Origin: an uncultured Nitrososphaeraceae archaeon
Lineage (GTDB): Archaea; Thermoproteota; Nitrososphaeria; Nitrososphaerales; Nitrososphaeraceae
Length of the DNA: 64,000 nucleotides
Assembly: GCA_963779615.1 (NCBI GenBank)
Contig: CAVZZA010000003.1
Span: 96,001-160,000 of the forward strand
Direction: 5' to 3'
The notes below the pieces were generated by a model. That model had not been told where the DNA came from. It searched no databases and worked only from the letters and a program-made list of their open reading frames with translations. A program made the position numbers and the translations under genes. Below, one piece after another: positions 45,080 to 55,968 of the stretch (its first letter is position 1; each line of letters begins with the position of its first letter).

Positions 45080-45812
45080 ACACCAGACAGGATTATAGAA
45101 TTATAGACATTCTCACTGTCAGGAGCATTACTTTATTTTTGATCACCAATGAAACATCTTGACATCTTTTTAAAAAAAAGATATTGCTTTTGGATTGGGG
45201 GTTTACAAGACATATCACCATATAATCTAAAAGTTTTTTATGTTAAGCCGTACCACATTAAGCAACATCATTTTAATCCCAAAAGTGACTGTTTAAACTT
45301 GACCTGCTAATTTTCATAACGGTTTTAAATCCACTTTACTTTTTGAAACAAATGCATTCTCGCATAATTACTGAAAACATTCAGATTGGTCATTGCTAAT
45401 AACAGCCTGTCATTGACCATTCTGACCTTCCAAAAATAGCAGAGGGGTAATGAAATGTGGTTACAGGTCCATTTTCAATGTACGCAAAGCATTCAAAAGT
45501 AGAAAAGCGGGGTTCAAAAAAAGGCTTATGATGATAATTGATAGGCATCATCTTAAACTAGTTTTTTCCATGACACATTTGAGGAAAAGAACGCGTGTCG
45601 CTATTCAGAGAACTCTACGATAGACAAAAGAACAATTGGAAATAAAATCTCAGAAACAAAAAATAATGAGGAAAAAGTGCTGCAACGCCAACAGCAGATA
45701 TCTCTTACACATCTTTTGGTGACACGAGAATAGGAATTAAAGTTCGATATCCTTTTTTGTCTGCTATGTGGATTTGGAGTATTTTCATCAGCATGATCAT
45801 CATCATCATCGT

Positions 45813-45983
45813 CTATATCTTCAACTTTTTTTCTTCCACTGGTTCTCCATTTATCCCTTTTTTGGCATCCATACCCCTTTTGATGGCTTCTGCATCCCCT
45901 CCCTCTTTTGCTATTTTGTCCTCTACCTCTTCCTCATCAGCTTTCAATAAGCTCTTTTTAATTTCTTCAACTTCTGTGGACAC
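45813..45983 (-). CDS. Small acidic protein, missing from the ORF track (may extend further via an A-run frameshift)
   Basis: GTG start; MSTEVEEIKKSLLKADEEEVEDKIAKEGGDAEAIKRGMDAKKGINGEPVEEKKLKI*. The shifted frame continues VEDIDDDDDHADE. Confidence 0.55.
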   Translation of the reverse strand: MSTEVEEIKKSLLKADEEEVEDKIAKEGGDAEAIKRGMDAKKGINGEPVEEKKLKI

Positions 45984-46328
45984 CAGTATAATTATTTATT
46001 ATTGCCAAATGCAATATCTGAATTGGCTAACCTAAGGGTCAAGAAGGTGTTGCATTCTCACCAGTGCTCATAATTTACAATATCCAAAATAGATGAAATA
46101 ATAACTACAAACAACTAGAGACAAGGTCAAAAGGCCTCCTGCGTAACTATATGCATCAAAATTTGACTATTTTAAACCATAACTTGATTAAAAATCAAAT
46201 CCATTTGAGTAATGACATAGAGATATCCTTGGGGATTCAATGATGATGCCTAACCAAGGGTGATAATATTATTGCGCCAGGAAAAGGCAATTCTAATGGG
46301 TGAAAGAGTAAAACCTCTTGGATACCAA

Positions 46329-47150
46329 TTACAGTCTAAAAATACTTTTTGTATTTTTAAACATCAATAGATCACAAGATTCCCCATCAAGGCCAAGGTT
46401 TTGAGTAAGTTTAAGATAAGATGGCATGTTGCAAATCGGCCAATCGCTTCCATATAGCAGGCGATGGGGTTCCCCAACATAATGCAACAGTTCTTTTATT
46501 TTACCAATATAATGCTCCAGGGAAGACGATGTAAAGTCACCAACAATAAGGCCAGATATATCTGCGTATACATTTCTATTTTTATAAATCACTTCTTGGC
46601 AATCAACTATCCAGGGGTTTCCCAAATGGCACATAACTATTTTTAAATCAGGGTTATCAACGGCTATATCGTCTATGTTTAAGGGATGAGCGTATTTTAC
46701 TTTAGATTTGGGTGAAAATGAATCGCCTGTGTGAATCATGAGTGGATAATCAAACTCTATGCACATGTCATAGACACTTTGGTATCTCTCGTCATACGGA
46801 TAGTGATGTTCATATCCACAATAAAGTTTTATGCCCTTGATAAGACCGTCTCTTAACCATTCCCTACAGTTTTTCAAATCCTCATCAGTATGGTTATCAA
46901 TTGTAAACCCAGCGACAACCCCGATTCTATCATTTTTGCCAACATGCTTTACCAAATCAATGATTTGAGATGTTGACGGCCTGTTTACATCAACTTTGTA
47001 TGAGGAGAGCACAAGTGAATAATCAACATTGTTGTTGTCCATTGATTCAAGTAATGCGTTTAGCCTTTCATCCAATGAAAGAACTTTGTCTTCTGTCTTG
47101 TTTATTCCCTCATAATTATTTAGATGTATATGACAATCAATAATGGGCAT
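46329..47150 (-). CDS. Amidohydrolase_2 family metal-dependent hydrolase
   Basis: IDCHIH, GIKL, IHTG, CHLGNPW, YADISG and YGSDWP motifs. Confidence 0.92.
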   Translation of the reverse strand: MPIIDCHIHLNNYEGINKTEDKVLSLDERLNALLESMDNNNVDYSLVLSSYKVDVNRPSTSQIIDLVKHVGKNDRIGVVAGFTIDNHTDEDLKNCREWLRDGLIKGIKLYCGYEHHYPYDERYQSVYDMCIEFDYPLMIHTGDSFSPKSKVKYAHPLNIDDIAVDNPDLKIVMCHLGNPWIVDCQEVIYKNRNVYADISGLIVGDFTSSSLEHYIGKIKELLHYVGEPHRLLYGSDWPICNMPSYLKLTQNLGLDGESCDLLMFKNTKSIFRL

Positions 47151-47159
47151 GCGATAGAC

Positions 47160-47841
47160 CTATTTATTGCGCTCTTTGTATTCTGGGTTTAGCCATTCAA
47201 TAAAACTGGCATAATTTAGAGAACGTTCATCATAAAGGTAATTGGCGAGTAATTTAACCAATTTAAACCCATTTTTTAATTGCAAAGATAAAACTGGGTC
47301 TTTTAGTTCCCCTTTCACTACCTTTTTTGTGTATTCTTCAGCGGACATCATTTTTGCATATTTATAATAATCGTACAGCCGACCACCAGCTATCACTCGC
47401 CGTAAGTTCATCTTTATGGCTAACTCTTTTCTTGCATTATACAGCATTGTCGCTAGCCCTTTGTATCGGAAATCAGGATGCACAGAAATGTCTGCACCGT
47501 ATAAACTATCTCCAAGTGGGTCATGATTTTTAAACAGTCCCTGTCCAGTAACCTCCTGCCAGGTATGCTCTGCATACTCCGGTTTTAGGGAAACTATTAG
47601 GCTGCTGGATGAACCAACTATTTTTCCGTCAATTTCAACGCAAAACTGACCTTCTGGAAATATGCGAATGTGGTTATAAAGGAAGGATGAGGGCCATGTC
47701 ATTCCATAGGCGGCCATGTCTGCAAAGGACACGTTCTGAAGATCCACTATTTTAGGAATGTCTTCGGGGGTTACGTTTCTTAATATGATGGGTGCATTGT
47801 CATCACTAATTTTATAGGTAATGGATTTTTTTCACTCTCAT
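47160..47841 (-). CDS. GNAT N-acetyltransferase (YkwB-like); +1 frameshift in the A7 run near 47830
   Basis: FPEGQF, H...GDSLYGADISVHP.FR, AGGRL and DPVLS.QL.NGF motifs; reconstructed N-terminus MRVKKSIT...ILRNVTPEDIPKIV. Confidence 0.85.
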
Positions 47842-48580
47842 ATCTTGACCCCGGTTTATTTATAATTGTTATTTTCTACTCTTAACACCATTAATTTTAC
47901 CATCAAACTAAATGAACATCAATAGAGAACATTACAACCGTTAATCCATAATAACGTAAACCAAACTCGTTTACCTCAGTCACATGTTTTATCACATTGG
48001 CTGAGCAACACCCTGCTCAAGGGTAGTGAATTTGCTTATTTAATTTTTGGTAACTATCATACCAAAAATGCAATAGTGACTACAAAATAACTTGAAATTG
48101 TTTCTTTTTGTTGTTATCAAACTGTTGGTTTCTTATTGAAAGAGATTAACATTTTTTATTGTGTATTAAATATTTAATTTAATATATTTTCATAGGTTTA
48201 TCAAGGAATTGAGGAAAGAAAAAAGAAAAATCATTTACTATAAATAATATGAACAAGGGATGATGCATTTATTAGATCAAATTCAAGAAGCTGAGTGGAA
48301 CAAAAGATGGAAAATTCTATCATTGCAGTGAAAAAAATTTTCATTAATGTTAAGCACAATAAGAAAATTAGAGGTTTTCATAAGAGCAATACTATAATGT
48401 GCTAAACCGACATTTAGGTCTCTCTGTAAAATATTCTGAAAATCAAATCATTATTTGGCATTACTAAATTAAAAAAAAATTTTCTCTCTTTTATCCATTA
48501 AAAAAAAATTAAAAAGAGGAAGATTGGATTTTTATCTATTCTTATTTTATTGTATTAAAGGTGTTTTACTAGCTATTGCC

Positions 48581-49082
48581 TTATTCGTCTGAGTTGTCGC
48601 CGCTGCTACCAGAGCCGCTTTCAGAGTCATCGTCAGAGCCGCCTTCAGAGTCGTCGTCAGAGTAGAGGAGGAGGAGGAGCCGCCGCTGCTACCAGAGCCG
48701 CCGTCAGAAGAGGCGGAAGAGCCACCGCTGCTACCAGAGCCACCGTCAGAGCCACCGTCAGAAGAGGAGGAGGAGGTGAGGGGGAGGAGGAGCCGCTAGC
48801 AGAACCTGTTGTTCCAGTCATTGTGGGTGCTAAGGAGGAGGGGGAGGAGGAGTCACTAGCAGAACCTGTTGTTCCAGTCATTGTGGGTGCTAAGCCTGAT
48901 GTTGCGTTTCCGGCTGCTGATGTTGCGTTTCCGGCTGCTGATGTTGCGTTTCCGGCTGCTGATGTTGCGTTTCCGGATGATGGAAGAATCTGTGCATTAA
49001 TCTGTGAAACCATTCCAGAAGTCATTGCTGCAATAAGAAATACTGCTGCCAAAACTCCTGCAAAAATAAAGCTATTGTTCAT
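48581..49082 (-). CDS. Secreted Ser/Thr/Gly/Asp-rich repeat protein, frameshifted in the low-complexity tail
   Basis: Signal peptide; GNATSAA repeats with N-x-T sequons; tail DDDSEGGSDDDSESGSGSSGDNSDE* ends at 48581. Confidence 0.7.
48778..48976. repeat. Intragenic tandem repeats: 60-bp x2 and 21-bp x about 4
   Basis: ggggaggaggag...gtgggtgctaag at 48781 and 48841; ctgatgttgcgtttccggctg across 48896-48976. Confidence 0.92.
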
Positions 49083-49424
49083 GTAATTCTACTGTGATAA
49101 CATTCTATATAAAATGTACGCATTAAATTACACTCACTGTTTACCATGATATTTAATGATTCAAATGCTTTTCTAAATCATTTGATATAGAAAAAGTTTG
49201 TAAGTAGAGTTATTAGGGATTAGCAATCAACAAATGACCTCATTAAAAAATTAGGTTCATATGTTTTTGGGTTCAATACAGGCTATTCTTTAGGATTTAT
49301 AACTGCCTGAATCGGAAGTTATCCGGCATATTTTGGCAGTTGATTTCTTGTTTTAAATAATCTTTTTGATTATTTGTATTATTTGTATTCTTGATGTATC
49401 CAACTGAAATCTGCATTGTTTTTT

Positions 49425-52400
49425 CTATATTATTTTATTGTTGGTTAATGGTAGGCTAAACGAGAAGGTTGCCCCTTTACCATCTTTATTGTTTTCTGCC
49501 CAAATCTTTCCACCATGAGCCTCAATTATTTTTCTTGAAATATACAATCCCAACCCTATCCCGCTTTCGGATTTTGTTTCAAACTTCTCAAATAGTTTGT
49601 GTATGACAGCTGATCCTATTCCTGCGCCCGTATCCCTGATGCAAACTACAGCGAATTTGCTGTGATTGTTATTATTGTCGTTGTTAATGCCTTGGGAGGC
49701 GTGTCCATCTTTTTCTATCACTACTGAAATGGAGCCCTCTTCTGTAAATTTGAGTGAGTTGCTCAATAAATTAAAGATAACTTGGGTTATTCTCCCCTCA
49801 TCGCCACATATAGGAAAAGGATGATCTTTGTCTTTTGACATAAACTCCAATTTTATTCGGTTGTCTTTTCCTTCGATTTTGGTTTGATCTTTGAAATCGT
49901 TGACGATATCCCTAACTATATTTTCAAGGTCAAATTGAGTCATATTCATGACCAATTTCTTACTTTCTATTTTTGCCACATCTAAAATATTTTCTGAAAG
50001 TATTTGGAGCCTCTTTGCATTTCTATTTATGATGCTCACAATTTCTCTGAACTGTTTGATATTACCTCCGCTTCCCTCCTTTTTATCTTCTTGGTCTTCT
50101 TTTGACTGTATGATGGTAGACGCTGCCAAAATTATTTGAATGGGGTTACGAAGTTCATGGGCTGCGGTGTTTATAAACTCTCTCTGCATGTTGTCCATCT
50201 TTCTTAATTCCTCATTTATTTCGCGTTCATTCCACAATAGTTCAAAAGTTGACCTAAACGATTGAACACTTAGTTTGCTATTAGAGTAAATGGGAAAGCT
50301 AATTGATTCTACAAATTCATCAGCATATGGTATTTTAAGTTCGGCTCTGAAAAATTTTTCGTTATCAACTATAAACATACCTGCATACGAACTGTTGCCA
50401 TTCAATATCTGGATTTTAGGAGCATTTTTGGATATCTTTTCCAAAACATCAGAATTCTTGTTGCTCAGAGGACAGATAATTTTTATAGTGGCATCTTTTT
50501 CCTTTGATGCTTGTATCAGGTAATCAATGATTCCAAATTTGTCCACCCTCACCATTGCTTTGTCATTTGGAAGCAAAAACAAGGCTTCTTTTTTTACAGA
50601 CTTTGCTAAACCAATAAGAACATTGCGCGCTTTTTCATTGTCGGTTATTACCTCTAAAAATTGTGGCTCTATTCCTTGCTCTATCGATGATATCCTTTCT
50701 TTGGCATCAATAGCATCTTTCCACAATTCGCTGAAAATAAAACTAAAGTGACTAACGTAGGCAGGCTCATTGCTCACTAGCAAGCTTTTTATCGTCTCCA
50801 CCCCTTGTGATTCTTCTGTCTTCTCTATAGTAGCAATGAGCTCTTTATTTGATAGAGCAAAATCAATAGGCGGCATGTTGTTGACATGCCTTATTTGTAC
50901 CCCTATATCGAGAAATTTTTTGACTACGTCCGCAGAGTCTTTGTCCACAATAGTTGTGACCAATTTGATTCCCAGGTGCTCTGATTTTTCATGTTTGGTC
51001 ATGATTTTTTTGTAAAAATTGAAATAATTGTTGTATACCAACCGCAAACCGTTAGTTCTAGAACAAACTAGAAATTCATACGATGCCTCGAGAATATCTT
51101 TTCCCTTCTCCAGTATTTCGTCGATATCTTTCAGAATTTTAATCTCTTTTAACACCTTACCCAAGTACTGTTTCATATCATGTTCTGAGAGGGAAGGCTC
51201 AACTCCAGTCTGTTTCAGAAAAACAGATTGCTGGTCTTTTGCCACGTTCATCACCCTTTTCTCTATCTCCTGCTTCATATGCGGCGTTCCAACGATATCC
51301 AATAATTTGACCACCTCCAGAGTAGAACTCTTGATGGATTTCCTCAACGAGGTATCTTGAGTTGTGGATATCGCTAAAGAGTACAAACCTATGCTAAACA
51401 AATAGGTAGATAGAAACACAAGAGAGTGAGCCGCCACTCCGAATGTTTGCTGTAAAGCTGAAATCTCATTAGCGATTCCAATTGGTATAATACCCATTGC
51501 AGCTATTGCAAGGTAGTCCTTTACCCTAACAACAGACAGATTTCTTGTCGCAATAAAAAATGCAAGACCAAACAAGACACTACTCCCTATTGTGCCAGCC
51601 CTGAACATCAGCCTCAAATAAAATCTATATGGGATATCCGAGGGTAGCGAAATTATCAATCCGCTTCCTACAAGGTATAATACTAAGGGTACAGCTAAAA
51701 GAACCCAAAATTTAAAGGGGAATTTTCCCGGCCTGACTGATTTGTAATACTTTTGTAATAGAGTTGCTACTGCTAGCCATGTAAAAATATAAGGCAATGC
51801 TGCCAGATAATCCAAGTTGTTTTTTAGCGATATGAGAGAAGATGGCAAAATCCAGAGTGTGGTGGTATCCGGATTTACCACTTTGTACTGTATCTCGCCA
51901 TGGTATTTTTCAAAGGTTTCATAAATGAATGATGCCTGGGGAGTCACATTGGGCCCTGATTTTTCTTCTATGACATGTATGAATATCAGTCTTTGTATAG
52001 GCATCCTCTGTTATTGCTATGGCGAAGGTTGCAGCTGCTAGTCCCAAAAATAGTATCATGAAGTTTGCTTTATTTGATCTATACCAGGAGAAAAATTTGA
52101 AACTGACTATTCCCATTATAACGCTAGCCGCAATGGAGCTAACCACATAAACCAAGGTAGACTCGAATCGGACATTTGTGCATTTACTAAAATATTGATA
52201 GCAGTTTATGGAATTATTAAACAGTATGAATAACAATACTAAAAATAAGGAAAACTGGATTATTGCAACCGACCAATGCATTGTGTTTAGTAACTTGGAT
52301 TTTTTCCGGAGGTTTGCTGTTGCTTCCCTAACATATTCCAAAAGAATCCAAGAGCCTACCCCGTATCCTACAACTACAGTTAGCAAAAAAATTACAATTT

Positions 52401-52536
52401 CATAGGTATTGTCAAAGTACAGTATTTGACGGGTTGCTAACAAATCCAAAACAACAAGGACAATTATAACCCCTGAGGTAACAATGGGTATTTTTTTGTT
52501 ATCAATCAAAAAATTTTTGACAAAGGGATTTCTCAT
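49425..52536 (-). CDS. Membrane-bound sensor histidine kinase; frameshift near 51992
   Basis: Multi-TM N-terminus, two TrmB/PLD-like domains, AAHELRNP, NLLSNSLKF, DTGAG and GIGLGL. Confidence 0.9.
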
Positions 52537-52738
52537 TTATGTTATATCATATAAGCAATCCAACATAATTAATAAATTTTATAAAAAAAACAAACAAAAC
52601 AAACAAAATGATATTCAAAAATTCCAATTTTATGATCTTTGTTATGCTCAGAACATAAAGCACAATGCCTAAAACCATTTTCAAGGCACTTCCATATCAA
52701 AAAATATTCTATAGTATAAAAAAATCAATCAAAAATGA

Positions 52739-53122
52739 TTATTTGCTAGACGCATTTCCATCCTGGCCCAATCCAGTCAGGTTTTTGAATGCTTCCCCAA
52801 CCTGGCTACCTACACTGCTTAATGTTTCACCAGCCCTTTTAGCAGCCTGACCTGTAACTTGGCTTACATTCTTGACTACCTTATCCTGTTCGGTTTGAAC
52901 TTCTTTTGTTCCAGAACTGTTTGATGCCAGATCTGTATCTTGGCTTGCTGTTTGATTGGCTGGTTGAGCTGTGACCTGGTTTGTGTTTTTATTGTTTTGA
53001 TCCAATACGGCTAGATTCTGAAACACTCTACCTGCTTGGTCAAATGTGTTTTGAGCATGAGCTGCATGTGTTGTCGTTATTAAAAATACCGAGAGTAACA
53101 ATAATGATAGGAGACACTTCAT
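52739..53122 (-). CDS. Secreted Q/N/T-rich protein, related to 41182-41637
   Basis: LLLLSVFLI...A.AQ signal and C-terminal VGEA...GLG..N.S.K shared with that protein. Confidence 0.75.
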   Translation of the reverse strand: MKCLLSLLLLSVFLITTTHAAHAQNTFDQAGRVFQNLAVLDQNNKNTNQVTAQPANQTASQDTDLASNSSGTKEVQTEQDKVVKNVSQVTGQAAKRAGETLSSVGSQVGEAFKNLTGLGQDGNASSK

Positions 53123-53593
53123 AGATTTACATCAACAATTCTTTGATTAAACCTTTTGCTATGCACTAATCGTGAAATTAAACAAAAAGTATTTTTATCT
53201 CATCTGTGTCCATTTCCATTAACCAGCACACTACGCAACTATAAAAATCAAGGAATCAAAGAAGGAGCGCCATTATCTTTAATTAAAACCATACGCAATA
53301 ATTTTTCGTTGTTTATCATGATAAATTCAATATCCTTTAAATTATAATTTTCAATGCAATAATTCACTTGTTGAGTTAGTTGTGCCTGGGTTGTTTTTCG
53401 GTAAAGCTGATTTAAAAGGGAACAACAACAATCACAGGATTGTTGTTTAGGGTCACGGGTTGTTCATCGCCATTTTAGCATGGCTTCTAAACAATAACAA
53501 AATTTTATAAGTTTAATATTAAACTTTGTCGTGTTCAAATCCGATTGGCAATGTTATCATAATTCATATATTTCCGAGATATTTTATGGTTAC

Positions 53594-53854
53594 ATGAAAA
53601 TAATCATTGCCATAACACCATCGCTATTGGTAATATTGGCTTTTCTTGCCATTGCAACAGGCTTGAACAACAATGCAAATGCAATACAGAATTATTGTCC
53701 TCCAATATGTCTGGGTGAGGTTAACGAGCATGTTAGAGACGCAATAAAAGCATTGGATAAGGCAGACATACCCACAGCAAAGTCAGAATTGGATATTGTC
53801 AAGAGTTTATTAGATCAAATAAAAGACATGACCAGTCCAGCAGATAGTGAATAG
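53594..53854 (+). CDS. Small secreted helical protein
   Basis: Signal peptide, CPPIC, then HVRDAIKALD..D...A..EL helical hairpin. Confidence 0.7.
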   Translation: MKIIIAITPSLLVILAFLAIATGLNNNANAIQNYCPPICLGEVNEHVRDAIKALDKADIPTAKSELDIVKSLLDQIKDMTSPADSE

Positions 53855-53887
53855 ATCCTTATTTTGGAATGCATGATTACTCAATTT

Positions 53888-54208
53888 TTATGCGGCCGCT
53901 AAAAAGTGACTGGCAAAAGAGACCACAATGGTGGTCTTATGGCTGTTATGAGCACAAGCTTTAATTTTGGAATGATTGTTGTTAATGACCTTTAAACCAC
54001 AAGATAAACATCTTGTTAATACTAATGCATACCGCAAATTATCCAATTTCCTCAACCAGATGATGATAAGAAACATCCCCGGCACAACTAATGGATAGTG
54101 TATATGCATGTGTACACCAACCTGGGGCAGAAGTGTTACTGCAATGAGCATGATGAAACCTAAGAACACACAATAAGGGGGACAGAAGTTTCTGTAACAG
54201 AGCGTCAT
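53888..54208 (-). CDS. Hypothetical 2-TM protein with a CxxC motif
   Basis: Two hydrophobic segments and RCLSCG; no family recognised. Confidence 0.35.
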   Translation of the reverse strand: MTLCYRNFCPPYCVFLGFIMLIAVTLLPQVGVHMHIHYPLVVPGMFLIIIWLRKLDNLRYALVLTRCLSCGLKVINNNHSKIKACAHNSHKTTIVVSFASHFLAAA

Positions 54209-54359
54209 AACTTTTGAATGGTAACCTCTGATCATTTAATCAAGGGTTGATGGCATCTTCAAAACTAAACCGGAAAAGTGATTGTGGGTAGGGGACGAAT
54301 GCAGGACGGCAAAGAATATTTTTATGGGACGAAAGCTATTAGTCAGTTGTTACTGCCTA

Positions 54360-54719
54360 TTGCAAGATATAGAAATTAATGAATTTGAGTGGTATTTGCG
54401 AGATCATTTGTTCAGGCAATCAAGTAAAGGCAGACAACAATTCAAAAAAGAATCACTTGCAGATGAGATGACTAGTTTGTATCTCAGGTATAGAAACTAC
54501 ACTTCACAATGCATGAATGAAATGATAGATGTTGTGGTTGAAAGCCTAGTTTTGCGCCAAGTGCTAAACAAGTTTGAGAATTCCCTGGAACTGACAAGCA
54601 GACTTTCCCGATTACAATGCGCTAAATGTTTTTACATCTCATATCTGAGTAACAATGAAACTAGGAGTTGCCTGAGGTGTTCATTTAGAGAATTACATGA
54701 CTTTCCAAAGAAAAAGTAA
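54360..54719 (+). CDS. Winged-helix-like protein with C-terminal Zn ribbon
   Basis: EFEWYLRDHLFRQ, YLRYR and CAKC...CLRC motifs; TTG start assumed. Confidence 0.7.
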   Translation: MQDIEINEFEWYLRDHLFRQSSKGRQQFKKESLADEMTSLYLRYRNYTSQCMNEMIDVVVESLVLRQVLNKFENSLELTSRLSRLQCAKCFYISYLSNNETRSCLRCSFRELHDFPKKK

Positions 54720-55326
54720 GATGAATAACCCAAGAGTACTTTCACTAGTATAACTTTGTAAGCAGAACGCTCTTTGGTTGATAGGGGTAGTGCCTGCTTA
54801 AATGCAGGATTCATTTGGAAAAAACGCTACTATTAAAAAAGATAGCAACACAGATAGCATATAAAAAAATAAAGATTCTAAGAACGGAAAGGTAGCAAAA
54901 GGACTTTATATGGAAACCCATGCCTACGGCGATGGCGGACAAGTCCTGCAGCTTTTGTGACTTCAAAATCATTTCATGCAGCATTTCTGCTATTTTTTTA
55001 CTAGCAATGGCAATTACTTTTGCAGCAGTATACCCTTCATCCGTGATCAGATCTTCTTGTTTTTGCAGTAAATGATTATTACTTTATCCCATCTGTCTTG
55101 ATGATCATAGTCATCAGATAAAGATATCAAATTAGTGGGCCATTGTTACAAGACAATATTTCTCTACCTGTTAACTTACAAAAGATCTAATGAAAATTAC
55201 AGGCTTGGCAGCACATGTTTTAAATTCCCAAATCTATCCCAATACCATTATTGAGTAATTATTCTAGACATTAACGCAGTCAGGCATACAATCCTACAAT
55301 CTTTATATAAAGTTTAACCAAAACAA

Positions 55327-55968
55327 GTGTGGGTACCTTGTTTGGAAACCGGATTAAACGCCACACAGAACCTTAAAAATGACCACATCACAATAAGAAG
55401 GGTTAAAGATATTGCTCAAAAATGCTCCAGACTGTTATATTCTAATAAGAACATACCGATAGAAGACATAGAAATTATATCTGTAGTAATAGAAGAATTT
55501 GTAGATCATTTTCATCACGGAAAGGAGGAGAAAGCATATTTTCCTGAAACAAAGGAAAAGGACGGTTTTGTGGAAGATATTCGTAAATTTTTGATTGAGC
55601 ATGAACTAGGGAGAAGAATAGCAGTAATGCTAAGAAGAGAAATAATGGAATTGAGAAGGAAGGTAAAAGAGGAAAACCATGGGACAAATAACGAAAATGA
55701 AAAGGAAAAGGAGAATACGTTAATTTATGAACCAGTAGCCAGGTTTTTGAAGGCCTATGCCGTTTTTATAGACGATCACACAGGAAAAGAAGACAAATTC
55801 TTTGATTTAATAGATAAAAACAATAAACTGTCAGACAAGGAGGATGAATTATTGCTGAAGCATTACGAATTATGCAAAATCCAAGTTGGGGGTGAAGCAA
55901 GAATGCAAGAGATGATTAGGCTGATCGAATATTTGGAGGAAAGAGAATGGATGAGCCAAAACCAATAA
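55327..55968 (+). CDS. Hemerythrin-like (HHE) di-iron protein
   Basis: LKNDH, DHFHHGKEE..YFP, EHELGR and DHTGKED motifs. Confidence 0.88.
   Translation: MWVPCLETGLNATQNLKNDHITIRRVKDIAQKCSRLLYSNKNIPIEDIEIISVVIEEFVDHFHHGKEEKAYFPETKEKDGFVEDIRKFLIEHELGRRIAVMLRREIMELRRKVKEENHGTNNENEKEKENTLIYEPVARFLKAYAVFIDDHTGKEDKFFDLIDKNNKLSDKEDELLLKHYELCKIQVGGEARMQEMIRLIEYLEEREWMSQNQ

Noticed and set aside
54880-55110. Minus-strand KVIAIASKKIAEMLH resembling an IS110 C-terminus
   Set aside because: No other transposase motif or element end is visible.
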